Notes: a model not told the origin generated them from the sequence alone. DNA of 64,000 nt from Candidatus Caldarchaeum sp. (GCA_038844785.1 JAWBRA010000003.1:25383-89382); one strand, 5' to 3'; positions 1-8,172 are shown, counted from the first letter of the stretch. Translations and numbers: made by a program.

Positions 1-718
1 TCCCTGAGCCGAGCTTATCACGGCCTGTTCTACGGACAAGAAGCCTGAGCTGGCCGGGTCCTGCAAGTATTTCAGCCTCTTCTGGGATGCCTATCTTTTC
101 AACAATGGTTTTTCCCGTTTGCTTTAAGTGAACCGGCTTAGGCTTGTGGAGGGCGACGGTTACGTCGGCTTGAAAGTAAAGGTCTCCAGCGCCCGTGTCA
201 GGGTCAACCCCAGTAGGTATGTCAACAGCCAGTTTGAAGGCTTTAGAGCTGTTGGCAAGCTCGACCGCGGTCCTGTAAACCCCTGACAACCCACCCCTCG
301 CACCAGTTCCGAGAATGGCGTCCACAATCGCCTCGGCTTCGTCGAACAACTGTGCATGCTGCATGAGCTTCTCTATGGTTTCAACCGGTTCTAGAACGGT
401 TGTGAGCCTCATGTTCTTTACCGCTTCATAGTTTATCCGAGCCTCTTGAGTCCTTATTTTAGACGGCTCGGCCAGCAGCAGCACCGTGACCTCAGCCCCC
501 ATGCAGGCCATGTGGCGGGCCGCAGCCAGCCCGTCCCCGCCGTTGTTCCCAGGCCCGCATAAAACCAAGATTTTCCGACCCTCGAGTTTTCCCAAAGCCT
601 CTTCCAAGCGGGCTGCCACGGCTTTTCCCGCGTTCTCCATCAACACAAGCCTCCTGACACCCATCCAATCCGCGTTAGCGTCCAGAACCATCATCTCCTC
701 AGAAGTAACAGTTTGCAA
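1..718 (-). CDS. nnr: NAD(P)H-hydrate epimerase/dehydratase (YjeF/Nnr), runs off the window edge
   Basis: Manual translation MQTVTSEEMMVLDANADWMG..LMENAG..VLCGPGNNGGDG is the YjeF-N signature; TTG start at 718 or 724. Confidence 0.9.
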   Translation of the reverse strand, partial: MQTVTSEEMMVLDANADWMGVRRLVLMENAGKAVAARLEEALGKLEGRKILVLCGPGNNGGDGLAAARHMACMGAEVTVLLLAEPSKIRTQEARINYEAVKNMRLTTVLEPVETIEKLMQHAQLFDEAEAIVDAILGTGARGGLSGVYRTAVELANSSKAFKLAVDIPTGVDPDTGAGDLYFQADVTVALHKPKPVHLKQTGKTIVEKIGIPEEAEILAGPGQLRLLVRRTGRDKLGSG

Positions 719-944
719 AGCCAAGCAATCTTTGAGGATTTTTTATATAAACATTACAGAAAAAAATCCTCCAGACAATACCCAGATATATCGGGTAAAG
801 AGTTCTGGAGAGAGTTGTGGATTGGTGATACCGTCTGCTGCAAAAACAGTTTCATCTACAAGAAACGACTATGTTTGCTTAACATTCTACGGCCTGTTAA
901 AAACCACGGCAATCCTGTAACGCCGGGACAGCCAAGGGACTGCG

Positions 945-1807
945 CTAAGGCTCGCCTCCAACGACGTTGGCCAAAACACCTATTTTCTCTATCTCCACCT
1001 CCACCAAGTCCTCCACGTTTAGCAGCTTGGGAGCTGGCTTGTAGAAAATTCCCACACCCGACGGAGTTCCAGTAGCTATGACGTCACCGGGATCTAGGGT
1101 CATCATAAGCCGATACATGCCGAAAATCATGTTCCACGAGTTGGAGCTCTGCCTTATCTCGCCGTTTACCCTCGACATGATTTTGAGGTTGTGGGGTCTC
1201 CAACCTCGTCTTGGGTAACCACCCATGGCCCGATGGGTGCAAACGTGTCGAATGACTTGCCGCGAACCCATTGACCTTCCTTAAACTGAATGTCACGTGC
1301 GGAGATATCGTTGAAACACGTGTAACCAAGAATAAACTCATGAGCCTGCGAACGAGAGACATTCCTGCATTTTCTCCCTATGACAACCGCCAGCTCAGCC
1401 TCGTAATCCAGCTGTCTCGTAATCTTGGGGTAGATGATCGAGCTGCCCGGACCTGTTATGGCCGTGTACGGCTTCATGAAAATCACAGGCTCGTCAGGTG
1501 GTTTGACACCCTGCTCCTCAGCATGGTCTCTGTAGTTAAGACCCATGCAGATTATCTTCGGACGGTTATCAACCGGGGCTAGGAGGCTGACTTCAGAGAC
1601 GGTGGCCTCAAGCGGATGCTTCCCCACAGCATCTTCTAACCGTCTTTTGTAAACTGTGTTCATGACACATTCTTCGGCGAACTCGGCCACTGTTGTAGGA
1701 AGATTTTCGCCAAAAATACTGCTAAGGTAAGAGCGGCTATACACCCCTTCGTTAGCTATAATGGCATATTCCTCCCGGCCGCCGAATCTTATTCTAGCTA
1801 TTTTCGT
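945..1807 (-). pseudogene. Fumarylacetoacetate hydrolase family protein, frameshifted
   Basis: KIICMGLNY, DYEAELAVVIG, GKSFDTFAPIGP in ORF 1166-1882; TGTPSGVG C-terminus in another frame (945-1271); shift at ~1195; expected start codon reads ACG. Confidence 0.85.
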
Positions 1808-2050
1808 GGTTCGGCCATCGAGCGAAAAAGCTAAAAATTTTACGCAGCATAGTCGATCTCCAAAGCCAAGGCGAAAAATCAAAAGCTATAGCCCCGCCGA
1901 CTTTACGTCGGCTAACACAACGTGTCGAAGTATATCTGGATAGATACAGGCTGAAGACTGGTGCATCGAGCTGTGCTTCAACCTTCCGTGACGCACTGAC
2001 GATGACAAGGCCGATGGTTGAAGGAGAAACATGTAGACGATTCTGAGGTT

Positions 2051-2155
2051 TGGGCCCGGTGGGATTCGAACCCACGGCCACCAGGTTATGAGCCTGGCGT
2101 TGCAGAAATATTACAAGCGGTAATATTTTCTCTGACCTAGCTGAGCTACGGGCCC
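2051..2155 (-). tRNA. tRNA with CAU anticodon, probably tRNA-Ile2; 30-nt intron at 24/25 (2100-2129)
   Basis: Removing the intron gives a 75-nt cloverleaf GGGCCCG..CCAGG-CTCATAA-CCTGG..GTGGGTTCGAATCCCAC-CGGGCCCA; GGGCCC acceptor is typical of archaeal Ile2 rather than Met. Confidence 0.92.
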
Positions 2156-2176
2156 CGGCTAAATAAGCCAACTGCC

Positions 2177-2186
2177 CTTATATAAG
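2177..2186 (-). promoter_or_regulatory. TATA box of the tRNA-Ile2 gene
   Basis: CTTATATAAG about 21-30 nt upstream of the mature 5' end. Confidence 0.7.
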
Positions 2187-2187
2187 A

Positions 2188-2360
2188 ATATGTCTGAAAG
2201 GAAAAATGAGGGGGGTGTTTGGCTGGAGGCCGGTCATCTGACAGCGTTTAAGCATGATGAAAACTGTGCATTGGCTCTTAAATCGCCGTAAAGCGTTGGG
2301 TACTGAATTGCCCGGCCTTCATCTGGTTTTTCTCCGCTGTCAGGCCTGGCCTCCAGCCAT
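2188..2360 (-). ncRNA. Putative structured guide RNA (copy A) with two 9-nt variable segments
   Basis: Outer inverted repeats TGGCTGGAGGCC/GGCCTCCAGCCA and CTGACAGCG/CGCTGTCAG; inner stem with symmetric AT-N9-AA loop; homologous to 60686-60844. Confidence 0.75.
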
Positions 2361-3166
2361 TGTTTGTTTGATTTTCTTCAGGAGTTAGCGTGTTTTTCGT
2401 GTAGTGGTTTATTGCTTGGGATTGGGCTGCTTTTCTGAGCCTGTGGTTGTGTCTTCTGTTGTTGGGTTTGTAGAGGCCGACGTAGCATAGGGTTTTCCTC
2501 AGACCGGAATACGTGTAGTAGGAGGTCTGCTAGAGCTGCTTTTCCATAGAGGCTTTTGTATGTTAATCCTAGCTGTCTGCATGTTTCATCATATCTGTGT
2601 AATGTTGTCTTCGCCATCCTTATTATCTGACGTGCCAGCCTGTCTTTGTCTCTGTCTATGGGTTTTACAGCTTCTGCGGACGTTTTAAACAGCTTCAATA
2701 ACCTCGGAAGCTTAAGCTGTTCAGTGTATTCGTCGATGAGCTTCATCAACCCAACATATTCTACTGTAACCTCCACGAAACAACCTCCATCCATCATCGA
2801 TAATATTTTCGCATCATTCTCATCGTTCTTGGACAGCGACAGCCTTTCTCTGTAGGCGGTTAGAAGGTCTGTCCTCTTCAGCCTGAAAACCCTGACGTCA
2901 CGGCTGAGGAGCGCTGAAACGTCGTCATACATGGTTGGCGGTATGATGTCCACGTAAACCTCATCGCCTTCGGCTGCAGGAACGTCAACAAGACGAGATG
3001 TCCTAACACAGTGGTGTCCGTCGAAGACAACATGCGGCCTAGCTCTACGTCCACCGTTTGCAAACGCGTGAACATCGACGTAAAACCTTCTTGCCTCTCT
3101 CCCGAGAGGTTTATAAGCCTCTTTTCGGGGTCTCATCTCATCAGGCACCATTTCGTAAAAGTTCAA
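2340..3166 (-). pseudogene. IS110/TasR-like RuvC + Nop-domain protein, frameshifted
   Basis: FYVDVH (RuvC-I), SKNDENDAKIL (IS110 KTDxxDA-like); after a frameshift at ~2505, GLRKTLCYVGLYKPNNRRHNHRLRKAA; a further shifted tail LLKKIKQTMAGGQA*. Confidence 0.7.
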
Positions 3167-3203
3167 TCTCAGGCTATATGCTTTCCTGTGGCTTAGAGTG
3201 TGG

Positions 3204-4225
3204 CTAGGAGACGCGTTGAAGCCCTCCCCTCCAGACCGGTGGGTAGGTTGACCTCGGCATCACAACTCTTGTCACGTCAACGGCAACCCCCTCGGATGCG
3301 TTGACCATCTCCTCGCTGTCCATCAACGCCGTGCCGAAACCAACCAGCTCGCCTTTCAAGGTAAGCACGGCTACAAAGTCACCCTTGGCAACGCCTGTCT
3401 CAAGCTTGCTAACACCAGCAACCATCAAGTCCGCCCCATGGCAAACGGCGTCCACAGCAGTGTCCAAAATGTAAACCTTCGGAACAAGCCGGACACACTC
3501 CTCAACAGGTTGGACGAGGTTCTTCAAGGTTTCCTCACGGCCCGTCTCCCTGTAATCTGTCCAAGCCTCGTAGAGCTCGAGCAAAGTATGCGAATCATCC
3601 TCTGTGAAAGGCCCTGCACGAGTTCTCCTAAGCTCCTCCATGTGCGCGCCGACGCCCAAGTATTCGCCGATGTCGTGGCACAGCTTTCTAATGTAGGTCC
3701 CGCCAGAACAGCCAACCTTAAACAAAACCTTACGCCCCTCCCTCTCAACCAACTCAATGTAGTAAACCGTTCTGATGCGGGGTTTTCTTGCGACAGCCGC
3801 TCTCACAGGCGGTACCTGGTATATCTCACCTGTGAAAAAATCGAATGCCTCAGCCAGACTGTCGTCGGAAACATCGCCGTGGAGCTCCATCAAGCAAACA
3901 TATTCTTTCCCGCTGTGCATCAAAGCCGCAGCCGCCTTCGTCCCCTCTCCAAGCATCAAGGGCAGGACGCCGGAGACAGCGGGATCTCCCCGAAAGCTTC
4001 TAGGGTCCCGCCGTGTCCAGCCTGGTTTATCTCCAGAATTTTTTTCACGATGTAAGCTACTTCATGGCTCGTCGGCCCCCTCTGCTTGTCCAAGTTAATA
4101 ACACCGAGCCGAAGCAGTTCGTCCACACTCCTTTGATGAGGTGGTTTCCCGTAGCTAGGGTCTGTTTCGGCCTCGCGTCTAACAAGCATCTCCCGGCTAA
4201 CGTTCCACGGAGGCTGGGATTTCAT
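3204..4225 (-). CDS. cbf5: H/ACA pseudouridine synthase Cbf5 with a 14-nt BHB-type intron (3986-3999)
   Basis: Splicing AAGCTTTCGGGGAG restores GHGGTLDPAVSGVLP and joins ORFs 3956-4234 and 3204-3959; GTYIRKLCHDIG motif and PUA domain. Confidence 0.93.
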
Positions 4226-4505
4226 ATCTTTCAACCATGTATTTCTCCAAACCAGCCGCCTTAATTGCTTTCAGAACATCCTCGTCGGAGGCGTTTTCAG
4301 GTATTTCGACCTTCTTAGGCGTCGGCACTATGTGTTTCATGTTCACACGCCTCCTCCGCAGGCCGGTCAACGACTTCGGACCAGTCAAAAGAACATAGCC
4401 GTCGTCAAACACAGCTACAACCACTCCCTTGGCCCCCGCGTCTCTTCCCATGGTTTTGACGCAGATCCTGCCTATGAACTCTTTCGCAACCATTCCAGCA
4501 GGCAT
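4197..4505 (-). CDS. rpl14e: 50S ribosomal protein L14e
   Basis: IGRICVKTMGRDAG..VLLTGPKSLTGLRRRRVNMKHI. Confidence 0.92.
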   Translation of the reverse strand: MPAGMVAKEFIGRICVKTMGRDAGAKGVVVAVFDDGYVLLTGPKSLTGLRRRRVNMKHIVPTPKKVEIPENASDEDVLKAIKAAGLEKYMVERYEIPASVER

Positions 4506-4556
4506 GAAACGTCGAACATCATTTATACATATATTTGGCTGAGGGCTAAGCGTTCT

Positions 4557-5153
4557 ATGGCTTCGAAGCCTGTCATCTGCCTCTCCGGCTTCGCCGCTGT
4601 AGGCAAATCCACCGTCGGAAAAACTCTCGCCAAAAGAATGCGGCTCAAGTATGTCTCTGGAGGCGATGCCTTGAAAGCCCTTGCTAAGGATATGGGGCTT
4701 AAGCCCACAGGTCGTGGATGGTGGGAGTCTTCCAAAGGCCTTGAGTTCCTCAAAATCAGAAGCCGCGACCAATCCTTCGACAAGAAAGTTGACAGAAAGC
4801 TGCTTGAGCTTTGCAGGACGGGGGGAGTAGTTGTGGACTCATGGGTTATGCCCTGGCTCTATAAAGGCAGGTCCTTCAACGTATGGCTCACCGCCGATAA
4901 AAAAAGACGTGCCGAAAGACTGTCCAAGCGGAGCGGGATACCGGTGTCAAAGGCCTTCCGGCTATTGACCTTACGCGACCGCCAGAGCGCCGCCATATAC
5001 AGAAAGCTTTACGGAATAAAGATGGGAGAAGATTTTCAGCCATTCCATCTAATAATAGACACTTCCAGCATGAATCCGTCGCAGGTTGTGGAGATAATCG
5101 AGAATGTAGCTGGACACTTTTTTAGGAGGAGCTCCACTCGGCGGCGACGGTGA
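4557..5153 (+). CDS. cmk: Cytidylate kinase (archaeal type)
   Basis: ICLSGFAAVGKST P-loop, YVSGG, RD..YRKLYGI..FHLIIDT. Confidence 0.88.
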   Translation: MASKPVICLSGFAAVGKSTVGKTLAKRMRLKYVSGGDALKALAKDMGLKPTGRGWWESSKGLEFLKIRSRDQSFDKKVDRKLLELCRTGGVVVDSWVMPWLYKGRSFNVWLTADKKRRAERLSKRSGIPVSKAFRLLTLRDRQSAAIYRKLYGIKMGEDFQPFHLIIDTSSMNPSQVVEIIENVAGHFFRRSSTRRRR

Positions 5154-5382
5154 CTATCCTTTCAGCCAGGCATGAAGCGCATACCACGCCTCCGAACATC
5201 CGGGAAACAGTCTTTGACGAAAGGCTTCCCCGCCTGTTTGACACAACGCCATGGATTGTACGGCCGCAGTAGCAACAACGTGGCTTGCCCGGCATGCTCT
5301 CGCGGAAAAAGAGTTTAACTCTGCCGCCAGGAGTTCTAACCGCTATCCTTTTCCTGCTTCTTGTCCTGAGGCTTCTTCTCAA
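5122..5382 (-). CDS. rpl34e: 50S ribosomal protein L34e
   Basis: VRTPGGR..CCYCG..SRMFGGVVCASC. Confidence 0.92.
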   Translation of the reverse strand: MRRSLRTRSRKRIAVRTPGGRVKLFFRESMPGKPRCCYCGRTIHGVVSNRRGSLSSKTVSRMFGGVVCASCLAERIVTVAAEWSSS

Positions 5383-5848
5383 CTTCCGACACCCCCACAC
5401 CTGTAAAGCTGATCCCCATAAGCTTTGAGATGGGAGAGCCTACACCGAAAAACGATAGGATGAACCAGCCATAAAACCTTATCTCACCGTTTTGGGAGAT
5501 GAACGGTATCTCAAGCCCCGCCGGCATAAACCCTATCACATCGTTTCCAAAATATCCTGCCAGAACGGGGTAAACTGTGAAGAATATCATGAGGCTGGCG
5601 AACATGGTCATCAGGTTTTTCTTGCTTATCTCCGCGTTCAGCTTCTGAATGTAATCCTTCTTTTTCTGAAGCTTCTGCAGGGTCTTCTGGTCTTTTTTAC
5701 GCGTGGCAGCCATAAACTCCCTGTTGAAAGCCTGTATCTCAGCCATCTTAGCCAAATCCTCCTTCTTGAATATCAAGCGTCTAATAGCTGTCGTAGCGGC
5801 TGATATTGCCGCAGCCAACCCAGCGATTAACACCATCTCAGAAAACAT
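5336..5848 (-). CDS. EMC3/TMCO1 (DUF106) family membrane protein
   Basis: TM-coiled coil-TM layout, GWFILSFF, conserved position after secY. Confidence 0.8.
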   Translation of the reverse strand: MFSEMVLIAGLAAAISAATTAIRRLIFKKEDLAKMAEIQAFNREFMAATRKKDQKTLQKLQKKKDYIQKLNAEISKKNLMTMFASLMIFFTVYPVLAGYFGNDVIGFMPAGLEIPFISQNGEIRFYGWFILSFFGVGSPISKLMGISFTGVGVSEVEKKPQDKKQEKDSG

Positions 5849-5849
5849 G

Positions 5850-7283
5850 CTACTCCTCTCCTAGGAAGCGGCCCAGCATGGGATACATCTCAGAAAGCCT
5901 CTCCCTCACCAGTATTTGATAGTATTGGTGGAGAATCCCTATCATAAGCAGCAGCCCTATGCCGGAGCCGAAAACGTTCAGATAATCTGCTACGCTGGCT
6001 ACCACACCTATTATCAAGCCTCCTACGATGGTGACTGTGGAGATGTATTTTCCGATGACGCTTGCTATGATGGTTGGAGACCTTCGGAAGCCGGGCACCT
6101 GCATGCCTGCGCTTATAAGCTGCTCAGCCACCTTCTCAGGTCCGAGACCTCCTATTTGAACCCAGAACTTGGCGAACAGGACGGCGAAGGTTATCAGCAG
6201 TGCCGCGTGGACTACCGCTCTCACAGGGTCGTGCAGAACGTTTGTAAGCCCGCGCGGGCCTATGACGTAGTACGCCAGCCCGCCCGTTGGGATGAGAGTG
6301 CCCACGTTCTGGTCGTAGACATATGTTCCTATGAGGTTGAGGAAGAAGTTCTCGTTGTTGGGGTTGAACCTGCTCCAGACCAGCGAGCCTAGGTAGAAGA
6401 TGTTGCTGAAGATTGTTGTCGCGAAGATTATCGGGACGTTGGAGACGTAAAGCAGCTTGACAGGGTATTTGGCACGGTATCCTTGGAACCTTGCGTAGGA
6501 GATGGGTATCTCAACCCTAACCGCTTCGATGTAAATCAGGGCGAGTATGAGGAAAATAGTAGAGAGAAGCCCTACTATGTCTGGGTAGCCTCCCCGCCTT
6601 ATGAATGCCTCCGATATCCTGCCGGTCAACATCGTCTGGACAATGGCTGGAATTATTCCCTGATAAATTCCATCGGCCAGTATTATCGGGGATATAAGCG
6701 AGACAAACACCTCTTCGGCGACGCCCGCCACTATGAAAAGGCTTATCCCACTGCCCAGCCCCCACCCCTTCTGCACAAGCTCGTCAAGCAGAATTATCAG
6801 AATAGTCGCCATCACAAGCTGTATGAATATGAGGGTGTTTTGAGTGGGTGTTGTGGCTCCGAAGAAACCTGCGTAAACGTAGGCGGCTCCCTGAAATAAT
6901 GTTATGACTATGGCGAGGAATTTGCTGGCCGAAGTGAATAACGCTCTGTCCTCGCTTTTCTTCAGGTCTAGCCTTATCAGCTCGGCGCCCACGAGAAGCT
7001 GGAGTATGAGCCCGGCGGTGACTATCGGGCCTATGCCGAGAGTTATGAGGGTTCCCTGTTTCTGGGCGAACACTATGTTGAGGAGCACTGGGCTCTGACC
7101 ACCTTGGGGTGTTGAAGGAAGGCCGTAGAGAAAGGTGTGACCCATCCATACATAGACAACCAAAGCTAGAGCCGTCCAAGCAAGTTTCTCAGTCAAACCA
7201 ACCTTTCTTCCAGGCTTCTTAATCTCCGGCAGTATGCGTGAGACTTTTTCAAAAAAAGTTCTGACAGATGATTGCTCGCTCAT
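5850..7283 (-). CDS. secY: Preprotein translocase subunit SecY
   Basis: LGIGPIVTAGLILQLL, KGWGLGSGISLFI, YPVKLLYVSNVP. Confidence 0.97.
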   Translation of the reverse strand: MSEQSSVRTFFEKVSRILPEIKKPGRKVGLTEKLAWTALALVVYVWMGHTFLYGLPSTPQGGQSPVLLNIVFAQKQGTLITLGIGPIVTAGLILQLLVGAELIRLDLKKSEDRALFTSASKFLAIVITLFQGAAYVYAGFFGATTPTQNTLIFIQLVMATILIILLDELVQKGWGLGSGISLFIVAGVAEEVFVSLISPIILADGIYQGIIPAIVQTMLTGRISEAFIRRGGYPDIVGLLSTIFLILALIYIEAVRVEIPISYARFQGYRAKYPVKLLYVSNVPIIFATTIFSNIFYLGSLVWSRFNPNNENFFLNLIGTYVYDQNVGTLIPTGGLAYYVIGPRGLTNVLHDPVRAVVHAALLITFAVLFAKFWVQIGGLGPEKVAEQLISAGMQVPGFRRSPTIIASVIGKYISTVTIVGGLIIGVVASVADYLNVFGSGIGLLLMIGILHQYYQILVRERLSEMYPMLGRFLGEE

Positions 7284-7693
7284 GCTGGCTTGACCTCTCC
7301 TGGTCTGACAAGCTTCCCGCCTGCTTTTTCAATTTTCTCAGCTGCTTTTCTGCTCCACTGCTCCACTATTACCGTCAAGGGTTTGAAAAGCTTTCCGCCG
7401 CCGAGCAGCTTTTTGAAACCTAGCTCATGAAGGTTGACGGTGTCGGACCCAGATTTTTCGGCGTACTCGGAAACCTGAACCAGGTTAACCGTCTTCTTCT
7501 CAATCCTTTTGACAGGCGTAAAACCATGCTCTCCAAAGTAGTCGGTTTTCACGAGTTTTGTCCACTTATGCTTATGGCCTCCAGCCATTCCCCTTCCACC
7601 TTTTGCACCGGTTTTCCTATGCTGTCCTATCTGACCCCATCCATGAGTTCTGGAGCCTCGGAGCTTCCGAACTTTCCTCAGCCTAGTGGGCAT
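7280..7693 (-). CDS. rpl15: 50S ribosomal protein L15
   Basis: RKLRGSRTHGWG..GGRGMAG. Confidence 0.95.
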   Translation of the reverse strand: MPTRLRKVRKLRGSRTHGWGQIGQHRKTGAKGGRGMAGGHKHKWTKLVKTDYFGEHGFTPVKRIEKKTVNLVQVSEYAEKSGSDTVNLHELGFKKLLGGGKLFKPLTVIVEQWSRKAAEKIEKAGGKLVRPGEVKPA

Positions 7694-7756
7694 CTAACCA
7701 CCTTTGTATCTAAGCTGTGGAATCTAACCCCGGGTTTGTTAATAAGTGTTTTTCAG

Positions 7757-8170
7757 CTAAAGCATCTTTCTCAGCAGCTCGTTAATGTCTTCTCCCCTGT
7801 CACCGTACTCCCCGCCCGACTTAAAGGACCTTTTTACTGAGTTTCTGAAACCTTTTCTGGGAGGTCTTAACCTGATGAGCAGCGGTTTGGGAAGACTCGC
7901 CTCGCCTCTTTCAAGAGCTTCGGAAAGCTTCTCCGCGTCTTCAGAAACGTATCCAGCTCTTATGAGGAAGGTGAAGATAGTCTGTTTGTTGGGCTTGCCC
8001 CAAGTCAGGTATCTTTGGGCCTTCTTCAGCATGCCTTCAACGCTTGGTGAAAGAGGGTAGAGACCTGCTGTGAAGGCTTTAGACAGCTTCAACGATTCAA
8101 TAGTTTTTCTTGTGTCGGGGTCCATGCCCACGCTTCCCTTCAGCCTCACGGCAACCACGACACCATCCAT
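7757..8170 (-). CDS. rpl30: 50S ribosomal protein L30
   Basis: VAVRLKG..RLRPPRKGF..GEYGDRGEDINELL. Confidence 0.92.
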   Translation of the reverse strand: MDGVVVAVRLKGSVGMDPDTRKTIESLKLSKAFTAGLYPLSPSVEGMLKKAQRYLTWGKPNKQTIFTFLIRAGYVSEDAEKLSEALERGEASLPKPLLIRLRPPRKGFRNSVKRSFKSGGEYGDRGEDINELLRKML

Positions 8171-8172
8171 CT

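Noticed and set aside
734-940. AT-rich region with CTCCAG inverted repeats as a replication origin
   Set aside because: No convincing ORB consensus and no adjacent cdc6/orc1
486-1075. Plus-strand ORFs 486-920 and 713-1075, and many similar antisense ORFs across the window
   Set aside because: Shadow frames of well-supported genes with no recognisable motifs
2254-2306. Plus-strand ATGATGA...CTGA spanning 53 nt, resembling a standard C/D box sRNA
   Set aside because: No recognisable C'/D' boxes, and the motif is not conserved on the equivalent strand of copy B; the minus-strand fold explains the sequence better
2188-2360. CRISPR or multi-unit TIGR array next to the RuvC-Nop gene
   Set aside because: Only one dual-guide unit is present; no tandem repeats or cas genes were seen in the window
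3095-3150. Minus-strand CTGATGAG...CGAAA plus hairpin, resembling a hammerhead ribozyme
   Set aside because: Stems I and II cannot form, and the core has an extra A
3956-4010. Apparent frameshift making cbf5 a pseudogene
   Set aside because: Explained by a 14-nt BHB-type intron
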